Shown piece by piece: positions 41,143-51,035 of a DNA stretch of 64,000 bases. The position numbers and the translations under genes were made by a program. Every line of letters starts with the position of its first letter. The first letter of the stretch is position 1. A model generated the notes under the pieces. It made no database searches. It had not been told where the DNA came from and saw nothing but the letters and a program-made list of their open reading frames with translations. Source of the stretch: Candidatus Hydrogenedentota bacterium (GTDB lineage: Bacteria; Hydrogenedentota; Hydrogenedentia; Hydrogenedentales; SLHB01); NCBI GenBank assembly GCA_963745075.1, contig CAVUWV010000024.1, positions 352,001-416,000 of the forward strand. Reading direction: 5' to 3'.

Positions 41143-41844
41143 ATGCAGGCCGAGGATCGTCCAATACATTTCTCGACAGAATTGATACACGCGCCGAAAC
41201 CGGTCAAAGTCTCGGCGTTGCAGCGTCTTTACTACGAACTCTCCCAGACCGACACTGCTGCATACATGAATACAGAGTTCGCCCCCAACGTCCCGCCGCG
41301 ATTCCATTCGCGCCGCGGACCCAAGGCGCAGTCGCTGCTCCTTTTTCTCCCGGACCGGATGATGGCCGCGGAAGAATGGGTCGACATTCCATTCCGCACG
41401 TTTCTCAGGAAGGTTGAAACCATTATCGCCCATGCCGGGCCCGCGTTGGAGACCGGACCCATCCTGCTCCATACGGCGACCGTGCGCACAACCTTCGCGC
41501 TTACCCATTTTGACGATGCCCGGTCGTTTTTGCTCGACCAGGTTTGCCGGCAGGAGGGCCGGATCGCACCATACTTCCAGCGTCCGGTCAGCATCGGCGG
41601 TCTGCGATTTGTACTCCCGGAAACGGAAGAGTTTCGCGGGGCGCTTCACGTCACCATCGAATCCTACCGGCGAAGCCAACGGGAGATCTACGTCGAAGTG
41701 AAGGGCATTTTCCAAAACCAGCGGATCGACCCCGACTCCACCGACTGCGCCCGCGAAAACATGCAGATCGTGCGCGATTTCGTCAATGACTCCATCTATC
41801 CCTATCTCGCGCAGTTCGACGCACCGTCGGAGGTCTCGGAATGA
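41143..41844 (+). CDS. Hypothetical protein
   Basis: 233-aa ORF with AAGGAG SD and typical codon usage. Confidence 0.7.
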   Translation: MQAEDRPIHFSTELIHAPKPVKVSALQRLYYELSQTDTAAYMNTEFAPNVPPRFHSRRGPKAQSLLLFLPDRMMAAEEWVDIPFRTFLRKVETIIAHAGPALETGPILLHTATVRTTFALTHFDDARSFLLDQVCRQEGRIAPYFQRPVSIGGLRFVLPETEEFRGALHVTIESYRRSQREIYVEVKGIFQNQRIDPDSTDCARENMQIVRDFVNDSIYPYLAQFDAPSEVSE

Positions 41845-41903
41845 TCCGGGGCCGAGGCGCCGCCCAGTCCATTGAAACGCCCTAATCCCTCGGAGTCCGT
41901 CCC

Positions 41904-42911
41904 ATGAATGGGCCGAAAGTTTCCGTCATCCTGCCGTTCTGGAACGCCGCCGACACGCTTCCCGCCGCGATCGACTCCGTTCAGAACCAGACCTTCCGCG
42001 ACTGGGAACTCATTCTGATCGACGACGGTTCCGCCGACGATTCCCATCGTATCGCACGTTCCTTCGAACAACGCGATTCGAGAATCCACCTGCTGCGGAC
42101 GCCCCATTCCGGTATCGTGAAATCTCTTCAGGTCGCCTGCGGCCACGCCCAGGGGCGCTACCTCGCTCGCATGGACGCCGACAACGTCGCTTATCCCAGC
42201 CGTCTCGAAAAACAATTCCGCCTGATGGAAACTGATTCGGCCATTGGTCTCTGCGGCGCACACGTCAAAATGATGGGCGACAAGATTGGCATGGGCCGTC
42301 GGCGGTACGAACGCTGGATCAACGGATTGGTGGCGCACGACGCGATCGTGCGCGAACTCTTCGTGGAATGCCCAATCGCCCATCCCACATTCTTTATGCG
42401 GCGAGACGCCTACGAAACCATCGGAGGCTATCATGACCGCGGCTGGCCGGAAGACTACGATCTCTGCATGCGTTGTTGGCTGGCCGGCGTCCGGTTTGCC
42501 AAGATAGACGAGGTCTTGCTGGAGTGGCACGATCGGCCGAACCGGCTTTCCATGGCCGATTCCGCGTATTGCCCTGAACAATTTCGCGCGTTGAAGCGTC
42601 ACTATCTTGAGCTAAGCCATTTCGCCGCGTTGTCCGGGCGGAGATTCTACCAGTGGGGCGCGGGCGAAGTCGGAAAGGTCTGGCTCCGGGAGTGGGGCCA
42701 CCGAATGCCGGAAGCTGTCGTCGACATCAACCCGCGGAAAATCGGCCGCCGAATCCACGAGGTCCCGGTGGTCGACACGGAAGAACTCCCGGCCCCGGGC
42801 CAAGTGTTTGTTATTGTTGCAGTTGGGGCACCTGGCGCACGGGAGGAAATCCGTCAGTTTCTGACGCCGCGTGGCTATGTCGAAGGCACTGACTATCGTT
42901 TCGTGGCATGA
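41904..42911 (+). CDS. Glycosyltransferase family 2
   Basis: KVSVILPFWN, ELILIDDGSADDS, YLARMDAD, IAHPTF, PEDYDL; C-terminal Rossmann-like WGAGEVGK...VDINPRKIG. Confidence 0.9.
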   Translation: MNGPKVSVILPFWNAADTLPAAIDSVQNQTFRDWELILIDDGSADDSHRIARSFEQRDSRIHLLRTPHSGIVKSLQVACGHAQGRYLARMDADNVAYPSRLEKQFRLMETDSAIGLCGAHVKMMGDKIGMGRRRYERWINGLVAHDAIVRELFVECPIAHPTFFMRRDAYETIGGYHDRGWPEDYDLCMRCWLAGVRFAKIDEVLLEWHDRPNRLSMADSAYCPEQFRALKRHYLELSHFAALSGRRFYQWGAGEVGKVWLREWGHRMPEAVVDINPRKIGRRIHEVPVVDTEELPAPGQVFVIVAVGAPGAREEIRQFLTPRGYVEGTDYRFVA

Positions 42912-42917
42912 AGGCCT

Positions 42918-42945
42918 GTAAACCTTTCAAGGGCGTGACACGTTT
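42918..42945 (+). promoter_or_regulatory. Candidate ECF-type autoregulatory promoter, probably leaderless
   Basis: GTAAAC-N17-CGTTT ending 5 nt before the sigma ATG; no SD. Confidence 0.45.
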
Positions 42946-42950
42946 AGAAC

Positions 42951-43550
42951 ATGAGTACGACAAACGACATGGATCGAACAGCGCAGGGTGACGAGGACTT
43001 GGCCCTCGCACTCAAAGCGGGGGATCGCATGGCGTTTGACGAACTGGTGCGACGGCACCAAGGGCGCGTGTACGCCGTGGCGTATCGCGTCACCGGAAAT
43101 CGGGAAGATGCGCTGGATGTGGCTCAGGAGGTCTTCATCAAGGCCTATCGGAAGATCCACACCTGGCAGCCCACGAGCGGGTTCTTGCCGTGGTTGTTGC
43201 GGCTGACCACCAATCAGTCCATCGACCTGTTGCGCTGGCGTAATCGCCGGAGGCACGAACCCCTCGACGGGGACACCGCGCGCGCCGAACTGGCGGATCA
43301 GTCGGTTGCCCTCAACACGGAGGATCGCGTCCGGGCGCTCGAGATTGACGCGCGCGTCCACGTCGCGCTGGCAGTGTTGTCACCGGCGCAACGGAGCGTC
43401 TTCGTCATGCGCCACTATGAAGGATTGCAGTTGGCGGAAATCGCCGAAGTTTTGGGATGTACCGTGGGTAGCGTGAAAGTGCACCTGTTTCGCGCGCTCA
43501 AAAAGTTGCAAAGAGAACTTCGCGACCTGCACGAATCCGGGCAGGCATAA
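42951..43550 (+). CDS. ECF RNA polymerase sigma factor (RpoE/SigW-like)
   Basis: GDRMAFDELVRRHQGRVYAVAYR..DALDVAQEVFIKAY; region 4 EIAEVLGCTVGSVKVHLFRA. Confidence 0.93.
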   Translation: MSTTNDMDRTAQGDEDLALALKAGDRMAFDELVRRHQGRVYAVAYRVTGNREDALDVAQEVFIKAYRKIHTWQPTSGFLPWLLRLTTNQSIDLLRWRNRRRHEPLDGDTARAELADQSVALNTEDRVRALEIDARVHVALAVLSPAQRSVFVMRHYEGLQLAEIAEVLGCTVGSVKVHLFRALKKLQRELRDLHESGQA

Positions 43551-43585
43551 CTCGACGCGGATCGAGTGACGGGAGAACGAGTGGT

Positions 43586-44641
43586 ATGGGATGGAAACGG
43601 CGTAGAATTCAAGGGCTGCTGGCCGCGTCCTTCTATGAACCGCTGACGCCTGCGGAACAAAAGGAGTTGGACTCCGCGCTTGCGGCTTCTGACGCGCTCA
43701 GGACGCAAGCCGATGCGCTACGCAATATCGTTAACGCCGCGCCCCGGATCTCGCCCCAACCGGATCGGGATCTGCTCCCCGCAATCCACGCCCGCCTGGC
43801 GCAGGATGTGACTGCGAATCCGCGTTCCACGTCGCGCGCCCGCCGGTTGGTGTGGGCGTCCGTCTGTGTCGGCCTCCTGCTCGTGGCGGGCGTCGTGCTC
43901 TACCGTGTGGACCATCCAATCGCCCCCGAGGCCCGTTCACCGGCCGGCGATTCGACCCGTGTTTCCGAATCCCTCTTGGCTCAGGCGATTCAAGAGGCGG
44001 ACACCCTCGTCGCCGAGCACAAGTCCGGAGAAGCCTACGAAATTCTTCGAAAAGGACTGGCGGCAAAACCCGACGACCCACTCGCCGCAAAGGTAGAGCT
44101 TCGCGTTGCCGATTTGTCCTTCGAACTCAAGCGGTACCGCGAATCCCTCCAGGCCCATGATAAACTCGTCACGAAGTACGACCAAGTGCTGCGCGAGTCC
44201 CCCGATCTTCAACGCACCATCGTAAAGCGCCGAGACCTGCTCGCCGACGCGGCAACGAACAATTTCAGTTCGTTGTACGATCTTGATGTGGCCATGCAGG
44301 ACCGCGGCCACGAGGTCCCGGGTCTTGAAAAGGTGATCGCCGAGAATCCCGAATCCCTCGTCGCCGATCTCGCCGCGGACAAGATGGGGGAGGTTCTGTT
44401 TGACGAATCCAGCGCCGCGGACAACGTGAAGTCCGCCTATCTGCAGGCGATGGAAAAGGCCCGGCGGCAATGTACCAACGCGTACGCCATTGCCTTGTTG
44501 GACCTCAAGATTGGTGACATCTACCGCAACGACTTCAAGGACTACCCCGCCGCGGAAGACCACTATCGCAAAGCCGCACAAAACCCCGTCTTTGCCAAGC
44601 GGGCCACGAACAAGCTAGATTCACTGGCCGGAATCCGTTGA
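43586..44641 (+). CDS. Putative anti-sigma factor with TM helix and extracytoplasmic TPR-like domain
   Basis: Directly after the ECF gene; ZAS-like N-terminus without His/Cys (LTPAEQKELDSALAAS); one TM; TPR-like helices (LKIGDIYRNDFKDYPAAEDHYRKA). Confidence 0.7.
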   Translation: MGWKRRRIQGLLAASFYEPLTPAEQKELDSALAASDALRTQADALRNIVNAAPRISPQPDRDLLPAIHARLAQDVTANPRSTSRARRLVWASVCVGLLLVAGVVLYRVDHPIAPEARSPAGDSTRVSESLLAQAIQEADTLVAEHKSGEAYEILRKGLAAKPDDPLAAKVELRVADLSFELKRYRESLQAHDKLVTKYDQVLRESPDLQRTIVKRRDLLADAATNNFSSLYDLDVAMQDRGHEVPGLEKVIAENPESLVADLAADKMGEVLFDESSAADNVKSAYLQAMEKARRQCTNAYAIALLDLKIGDIYRNDFKDYPAAEDHYRKAAQNPVFAKRATNKLDSLAGIR

Positions 44642-44756
44642 GGTGCGGTCCGGCGGCACGCTGCCGACGTGGCAACTTTTCCCGGTTGCGACACCGCTTC
44701 CCCTATGGTAACATATTGAAATTAAACGAGTTTGTGATTTTTTTGGAGATCCTGCC

Positions 44757-46505
44757 GTGCCCACTGAATCGGCGTTCGAAAAGCAATTAGTGCGAAGTGG
44801 TGTCGTCGACGAAGGACGTCTCGTCCAGATCCGCGACGAGGGCGCGGGCAAAGGCCTCTCGCTTGTCGATGCGCTTGTCCAGTCGGGGTGCGCAACCCAG
44901 GAAGCCGTCTATCGCGCCCTCGCCGAGTTTTGCGAGCTACGTTTTGTCGTCCCCTCCCGGATGGAAGTCCCCGAGGCCATCGTCGCCCACGTTCCCGCGC
45001 GCTATGTGACCCACTACAACTTCGTTCCGCTTCAGGATCGGAACGGCACCATCGTCATCGCGATCAGCGATCCCTTGAACCACCAATTGCTCGACGACAT
45101 CCGCCTCGTGCTTAAGCGCCGTGTCGAACCCGTCGTCGCCACCCCCGAGGAAATCACCCGGGCGATCAAGGCCCTTTACGGCGTCGGCGCCGATACGGTG
45201 GAACGCATCCTGAGCGACAACGACAGCGTCGGGACCGTCCTCAGTCTGGATGGCGCAGCCGCCGGCATGAATCTCGGAGACGACAACATCGACGCCTCCA
45301 TCATCAAGTTCGTCAACGAGCTTCTGTCCGAAGCCATCAGAACCAGCGCGACGGACATTCACATGGAGCCCTTCGAAGATCAGTTGCGCGTGCGATTCCG
45401 AGTCGATGGCGTGCTGCATCCCGTGCCCACGCCGCCCACGATTCGCGGGTTTCATCCCGCCATCGTGTCGCGCATCAAGATCATGGCGAACCTGAATATC
45501 GCCGAAAAACGGCTTCCGCAGGACGGTAAGATCCGCGCGTCGCTCGGCGAGGAACAGTTCGACCTGCGCGTGTCCGTGCTCCCCACCCCCCACGGCGAAT
45601 CCGTGAACCTCCGCATTCTCAATCGCGCGTCGATGTTCATGACCCTCGAAGAACTTGGTTTTCTAAAGGAGGATCTGACCGCCTTCAACGATTTCATCCA
45701 ACGCCCGCACGGCATGATCCTCGTCACGGGCCCGACGGGAAGCGGTAAGACGACCACGCTCTACGCGGCCCTGAGCAAGCTCAACAAGTTGGAACACAAG
45801 ATCATCACCATCGAAGATCCCATTGAGTACCAGCTCAAGGGCATCACCCAAATGCAGGTCTTGTCCCAGATTGGATTCGACTTCACAGCCGCGCTTCGGT
45901 CCATGCTGCGCCACGATCCCGATATCATGCTGGTGGGGGAGATTCGCGACTATGAAACCGCCGAAATGGCGATCCGTTCGAGCCTGACCGGTCACCTGGT
46001 TTTCAGCACCCTGCATACGAACGACGCTGCCGGCGCGGTAACACGTCTCACGGATATGGGCGTGGAGCCATTTCTCATCGCCAGCACGATGATCGCATCG
46101 ATCGCCCAGCGCTTGGTGCGCTGCATCTGTCCCGTGTGCGCGACGCCCTACGACCCGACACCGGCGGACTACGCCCAACTCGGTATGAAGCCCGAAGCGC
46201 CGCCCAACGCCACGTTCAAGAAGGGCGCGGGATGTGAAGCGTGCCGCCACACCGGCTACCGCGGGCGCGTCGCCATCTACGAAATCCTGCCCTTCACCAA
46301 CGCCATCAAAGAAATGACCATTGAACGCGAGCCTTCCACGCGTATCAAGCGCAAAGCGGTCGCATTGGGTATGCGCACCTTACGTCAATCCGGTTGGATG
46401 CGGGTGTGCCAGGGCCGCACGACCTTCGAGGAAGTAGTCCGCGTCACCGCCGAGTCCGACATGCTCGACGGCAGCGAGGCCGATCATGCCCCAGTTTCAG
46501 TATGA
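44757..46505 (+). CDS. gspE: Type II secretion / type IV pilus assembly ATPase GspE/PilB
   Basis: ATDIHMEP, AEKRLPQDG, GPTGSGKTTTLY, TIEDPIEY, LRHDPDIMLVGEIRD, TGHLVFSTLHTND, tetra-Cys motif. Confidence 0.93.
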   Translation: MPTESAFEKQLVRSGVVDEGRLVQIRDEGAGKGLSLVDALVQSGCATQEAVYRALAEFCELRFVVPSRMEVPEAIVAHVPARYVTHYNFVPLQDRNGTIVIAISDPLNHQLLDDIRLVLKRRVEPVVATPEEITRAIKALYGVGADTVERILSDNDSVGTVLSLDGAAAGMNLGDDNIDASIIKFVNELLSEAIRTSATDIHMEPFEDQLRVRFRVDGVLHPVPTPPTIRGFHPAIVSRIKIMANLNIAEKRLPQDGKIRASLGEEQFDLRVSVLPTPHGESVNLRILNRASMFMTLEELGFLKEDLTAFNDFIQRPHGMILVTGPTGSGKTTTLYAALSKLNKLEHKIITIEDPIEYQLKGITQMQVLSQIGFDFTAALRSMLRHDPDIMLVGEIRDYETAEMAIRSSLTGHLVFSTLHTNDAAGAVTRLTDMGVEPFLIASTMIASIAQRLVRCICPVCATPYDPTPADYAQLGMKPEAPPNATFKKGAGCEACRHTGYRGRVAIYEILPFTNAIKEMTIEREPSTRIKRKAVALGMRTLRQSGWMRVCQGRTTFEEVVRVTAESDMLDGSEADHAPVSV

Positions 46506-47697
46506 GGTGAAGCGAGCCCCCGGCGAAGCCTCCACGGGCGTCCTCGAAGCCGAAAGCCGCCGGGCCGCTCTCGCCCGGTTGCGCGAAATGGGCTATTTCC
46601 CCATCTCCATCGAGGAGTACACCGGCGAGGAGAAGAAGGATTCCCTGCGCAGCGCGCTGGTCCGCATCCGGCGCAAGGATCGCAATATCTTCTTCCGCCA
46701 GCTCGCCACATTGCTCGATTCCGGGATGCCCCTGACCCGCGCGCTCGCGACCCTCGTACAGCAAACCGAGAACCCGAAACTCACCGCCGTGATCAATCAA
46801 TTGCGCGATGATGTCCAGAAAGGCAGCACCTTCGCCGAAGCCCTCGAGCGCCACCCCAAACACTTCAACGCCATGCAGTGCAGCCTCGTCCACGCCGGCG
46901 AATCCGGCGGTATGCTCGAAGATGTCTTATGGCGCATCGTCGCCTTTGGGGAACAGGACGAAGAACTGCGCGGAAAAGCATTCTCCGCCATGATCTATCC
47001 AGCATTCCTCTTACTGATAGGATCGATCGCCATCTTCATCATGGTGTCCTTCGTATTTCCCATGTTCCAAAAGGTTTTCGACGACTTTAACGCCACACTG
47101 CCTCTGATTACGGTCATCGTTCTCGCGTTCTGCGGGTTCATGGGAAAGTTCTGGTGGCTCGTGCTGTTAATCATTGCCGGCGTGACCGGTCTGCTCATCT
47201 CGTGGTATCGAAGCGCGAACGGGCGTATGCAGTTTGACGAGTTTGTGCTCCGCGTACCCCTTCTGCGGACGGTGGTGCAGAAGTACGTTATGGCACAGTT
47301 TTCCCGGACCCTGGGAACGCTGCTGGACAATGGCGTCCCCATCTTGAGTTCACTGCGCATTACCGTGGACACGCTTAGCAACAAGGCGATCGCCCTCGAG
47401 GTCAACGCCTTGCAGGAGCGCGTTTCCGAGGGCGACAGCATCAGCTCCGGCATGGGGCAAACCCGCCACTTCCCGCCCATGGTCGTCAACATGTTCGCCA
47501 TCGGCGAAGAAAGTGGCCGGATCGGTGCCGTCACGAAGCGCATGGCCGACGCCTACGACATCGAAGTCGAGCGCGCCGTCCGCGCCATGACGGCCCTGCT
47601 CGAACCCATACTCATTGTCATCATGGCCATCATCGTAGGCGTTCTCGTAATATCGATGCTGTATCCCATGTTGACGCTCAGCGCGAACATTACGTAA
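46486..47697 (+). CDS. gspF: Type II secretion inner-membrane platform protein GspF/PilC
   Basis: FFRQLATLLDSGMPL, AGESGGMLE, AMIYP, FSRTLGTLLDNGVPIL, GEESGR, LLEP. Confidence 0.93.
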   Translation: MPQFQYEVKRAPGEASTGVLEAESRRAALARLREMGYFPISIEEYTGEEKKDSLRSALVRIRRKDRNIFFRQLATLLDSGMPLTRALATLVQQTENPKLTAVINQLRDDVQKGSTFAEALERHPKHFNAMQCSLVHAGESGGMLEDVLWRIVAFGEQDEELRGKAFSAMIYPAFLLLIGSIAIFIMVSFVFPMFQKVFDDFNATLPLITVIVLAFCGFMGKFWWLVLLIIAGVTGLLISWYRSANGRMQFDEFVLRVPLLRTVVQKYVMAQFSRTLGTLLDNGVPILSSLRITVDTLSNKAIALEVNALQERVSEGDSISSGMGQTRHFPPMVVNMFAIGEESGRIGAVTKRMADAYDIEVERAVRAMTALLEPILIVIMAIIVGVLVISMLYPMLTLSANIT

Positions 47698-47748
47698 ACC
47701 ACTAGAAAGGTGATTTGGAAGATGCGCACCCCGATGGAGGATAGATTC

Positions 47749-48144
47749 ATGAATGCATCAGGCGGGTTTACCCTGCTGGAACTGATTCTGGTAATGGTCA
47801 TTATCGGAATCCTGGCCGGCATGGTGACCATCAGTGTAGCGGGGCGTGGGACCCAAGCTCGCGAAATTCGAGCGCAAGCCGATTTGTCCGTTTACCAACG
47901 TGCGGTCGAAGCCTACGCCCTCGAACACAACGATCAGTATCCAAAATCCCTCAACGATCTCGTCGGCGGTGACAAAGAGTACGTGATCGAGGTCAAGAAC
48001 GACCCCTGGGGCAACCCCTACGTGTTCGCGTTCCCCGGAAAGAAACACAAATACGATCTCTATTCACGAGGTATCGACGGCCAATCCGGAACCGCTGACG
48101 ATGTCTCGGTATGGGAATCCGACAAGAAGCCGGCCGCTAACTAG
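47749..48144 (+). CDS. gspG: Major pseudopilin GspG
   Basis: G|FTLLELILVMVIIGILAG prepilin site; DPWGNPYVF..PG...YDLYSRGIDGQSGTADD; GGAGG SD. Confidence 0.9.
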   Translation: MNASGGFTLLELILVMVIIGILAGMVTISVAGRGTQAREIRAQADLSVYQRAVEAYALEHNDQYPKSLNDLVGGDKEYVIEVKNDPWGNPYVFAFPGKKHKYDLYSRGIDGQSGTADDVSVWESDKKPAAN

Positions 48145-48186
48145 TGCTTTGATCCGAATCAGCGCTGCGAAGGGTATCCCAGTAAA

Positions 48187-48867
48187 ATGCCTCGGCGTAC
48201 GTTAATCAAGAACATCCCCCTTGTTCCCCCTTCCAAGGGGGAATTGCGCACAACGCCGATGCTTGTGTTGAATCCGTGTCGTTGCTTCGATAGTCAGCTA
48301 CTGACAATCCGTGCGCGCCGCGAAGCGGGCGCACAAATTCCCCCTTTGAAGGGGGATCAAGGGGGATGTTCTTCCCGTCGATCCCCTGGTTTCACGCTGA
48401 TCGAACTCATCGTCGTTATGACCTTCATCGCCCTGCTGACCGCCGCCGTCATTCCCCTGTATCAAGGGTCGCTGACCCGCGTTCGCCAAGACCGGGCCAC
48501 CCGCGATTTCGTCGCCTACCTCAAGTACGCCCAGGAACGCGCCATCACCGACGGTACCGAGTACCGCTTCTACTTTCGCGAAGACGAGCGCGACTACTGG
48601 GTGATGCGCCTCGACAAAATGGAGGGCAAAGATAAGATCTTTGTATATCCGGACGAAGGCGCCGGCGAAATCAAACACTTGCCTGAGGGTATCGAGTTCG
48701 ATCGCCCCAAGGCTCGATTCGACCGCGACCGCGAGGCCCATTTCGTCGCCTTTTACGGCACCGGCGCCTGCGATTACGCCACCATCAAGTTCGAAACCAG
48801 CGACGACAAACGCATCGTGCTCGAAACCAAAGGCCGGCTCGGCCGCTTCGAGGTCAAGGAGAAATGA
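48187..48867 (+). CDS. Minor pseudopilin GspH/FimT-like (leader lengthened by a palindromic insert)
   Basis: PG|FTLIELIVVMTFIALL; LKYAQERAI; start uncertain. Confidence 0.8.
   Translation: MPRRTLIKNIPLVPPSKGELRTTPMLVLNPCRCFDSQLLTIRARREAGAQIPPLKGDQGGCSSRRSPGFTLIELIVVMTFIALLTAAVIPLYQGSLTRVRQDRATRDFVAYLKYAQERAITDGTEYRFYFREDERDYWVMRLDKMEGKDKIFVYPDEGAGEIKHLPEGIEFDRPKARFDRDREAHFVAFYGTGACDYATIKFETSDDKRIVLETKGRLGRFEVKEK
48208..48373. repeat. About 166-bp element with long terminal inverted repeats (REP/MITE-like)
   Basis: AAGAACATCCCCCTTGTTCCCCCTTCCAAGGGGGAATT ... AATTCCCCTTTGAAGGGGGATCAAGGGGGATGTTCTT. Confidence 0.8.
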
Positions 48868-49367
48868 ACGCCTCCACACCACGAATCGTGCGGCCCGCAT
48901 CCGGCTGGATCCTCCTCGAAACCATCGTCGCGCTCATGATGCTCAGTATCGGCGGCGTCGCCGTGAACCGCGCCATGCAAGAAGCCCTCGTGACCCGGGC
49001 CATGGCCCGCGATTTCACCGAAGCGCGCTTCCTCATGGAGCAAGTCATGTCCGAACTCGAACTCCAGCCGGCCCTTGTGGAAGGCGAGTCGAAATCCGGC
49101 AATTTTGGCGACGACTTTCCCCGGTTCTCCTACCAATGGAACGTTTCCCGCGTGGAACTGCCACAGCCTGAACTTCCGCCCCAAGCGGCCGCCATCCTCG
49201 TGCAACCGCTCCAATTGCCGGTTCACTACCTCGGCAAGATTCACGTTACCCTAACCTGGACCCGCGCGGGTCGAAAGTTCTCTCGAAGCGCAGAAACCCT
49301 GATCGCACCCGAACGAATCTTTACGGAAGAAGATGCACAAGCCGGACAACCCCAACAAGCCCAATGA
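48864..49367 (+). CDS. Minor pseudopilin GspI-like
   Basis: ASG|WILLETIVALMMLSIG; ESKSGNFGDDFPRFSYQW. Confidence 0.78.
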   Translation: MNASTPRIVRPASGWILLETIVALMMLSIGGVAVNRAMQEALVTRAMARDFTEARFLMEQVMSELELQPALVEGESKSGNFGDDFPRFSYQWNVSRVELPQPELPPQAAAILVQPLQLPVHYLGKIHVTLTWTRAGRKFSRSAETLIAPERIFTEEDAQAGQPQQAQ

Positions 49368-50097
49368 CACCGGCTTCACGCTGGTCGAACTCCTCGTGGC
49401 GAGCATGCTGCTTACCATCGTCATGACGGGTGTGTACATGTGCTTCAGCTCCACGATTCGGCTGTGGCGCTTGGGCGAAGCAAACATACAAACCTATCAA
49501 GACGCCCGGACCGCGCTCAGCATCATGACCCGCGAATTCCAGAACATCGTTCCCGGCACCGGATATCTCGCCGAAGGCAGCAACGACGAGTTTACGTTCT
49601 TCGCCGTTGCACCCCCCTTGGACGTGGACGAAGACTCCGAACCGCGCGTGCTTCAGATTCGATATCGCACCCGAACGGACCCGAATGGCGAAGGCAAAAT
49701 CTTGCTGCGCGAAGAACGCCTCGTAAAAAGCCCGCTCCCATCCAAACCCCCGGATGAGGGCAAGATCGACCGCACCATAATCAAAATGGCGAATGAGAAA
49801 GATTTTGAACTCGCTTACGGGGTCAAGGATTTCGAGTTGCAGTACTACTGGCTTCCACCAAAAGACGACGTGCAGGACGCCACCGAGACCGGTCCGCCAC
49901 AGCCGGTTGAATTCATCGTGCGTGACGAACATAAGAAGGGGTCGGGAATTCCCCAGGGGATCCGAATCGAGCTGACCCTCATCGACGCCAACGCGGAATC
50001 CGGCGAACGCACCTTCACCACCTACATCGTGTTCCACGGTCAGACGACCCAGTTGGAGGACGACTCGCTCGAAACGGAAGGGGCGCTGTTCCAGTGA
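49333..50097 (+). CDS. Minor pseudopilin GspJ-like
   Basis: TG|FTLVELLVASMLLTIV; ARTALSIMTREF; IPQGIRIELT. Confidence 0.82.
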   Translation: MHKPDNPNKPNDTGFTLVELLVASMLLTIVMTGVYMCFSSTIRLWRLGEANIQTYQDARTALSIMTREFQNIVPGTGYLAEGSNDEFTFFAVAPPLDVDEDSEPRVLQIRYRTRTDPNGEGKILLREERLVKSPLPSKPPDEGKIDRTIIKMANEKDFELAYGVKDFELQYYWLPPKDDVQDATETGPPQPVEFIVRDEHKKGSGIPQGIRIELTLIDANAESGERTFTTYIVFHGQTTQLEDDSLETEGALFQ

Positions 50098-51035
50098 AGC
50101 GCGAACGCCACGGGTTCGTCCTCGTCGCCGTCATCTGGTTGCTGGCGATTCTGACCGTCCTTACCATCGGATTCGGCCGCCGCGCCCTGCTCGAGCAGCG
50201 CGCCGCCGCCCTAACCATCGATCGATCTCAATGCCAATACCTCGCGCGCGGCGCCGTCGAATACGGTGTCGCCTATCTTCGCAACCAGGCACTGCTCCAA
50301 AGCATCTACGATCAGTATGCCGGCGAATCCCACGTCGCCATCTACGAAACGCAGAAAAACCTCCTCAAGGAGAAAGGCTTCTTCGACCTGGGAGACGCCG
50401 CGCTCCTGAAAGACGATGAAGTCACCTTCAAACTGGACGACGCGGAAGGCAGGATTTCTCTCAACAGTGCGCCCGAAGAAATCTTCGACAACATCGACGC
50501 GTTGAGCTTCACCACCGTATCCGACATCCTGCGTCGACGCGGCGGTCCGCTCGGAAACGACGAGCCCACGCCCTTCCTTACCATCGATGAGGCGCGTTTC
50601 CTCGAAGGCGTCAGCGATACCGACTGGTACGGCACGGCCGACCGACCGGGTCTCCGCGAACTTTTCACGATTTATGGGGATGGTCGTGTCAACGTCAATA
50701 CCGCGCCGCGAGCGGTTCTCGAAGCCCTGCCGGACCTTGACCCGGCCGTCGCGGCAGCGATTATCGCGTATCGCGCCGGTGCCGACGGCGAACTCAAAAC
50801 CCCCGATGATCGGCGTTTCCGGAGTGTCGAGGAAATTGCCACGGCAACAGGTATTCAGATGAACGACTTACAACCCATCGCCAAGTTTTGCAAGTTCGAA
50901 TCGCAATTCTTTACAATCACCGGGTTTGCGACGTTGCGGCAAGGCAAAGTCCGCGCAGTTTCGAAGGCTACCGTTCACGTGGTGGAAGGCACCGCGACGG
51001 TTCTAGATTGGTCGGAGGGGGATTTTGGCTCGTAA
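50094..51035 (+). CDS. gspK: Minor pseudopilin GspK
   Basis: HG|FVLVAVIWLLAIL (no Glu5); LDDAEGRISLNSA; GRVNVNTAPRAVLEALP. Confidence 0.88.
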   Translation: MKRERHGFVLVAVIWLLAILTVLTIGFGRRALLEQRAAALTIDRSQCQYLARGAVEYGVAYLRNQALLQSIYDQYAGESHVAIYETQKNLLKEKGFFDLGDAALLKDDEVTFKLDDAEGRISLNSAPEEIFDNIDALSFTTVSDILRRRGGPLGNDEPTPFLTIDEARFLEGVSDTDWYGTADRPGLRELFTIYGDGRVNVNTAPRAVLEALPDLDPAVAAAIIAYRAGADGELKTPDDRRFRSVEEIATATGIQMNDLQPIAKFCKFESQFFTITGFATLRQGKVRAVSKATVHVVEGTATVLDWSEGDFGS

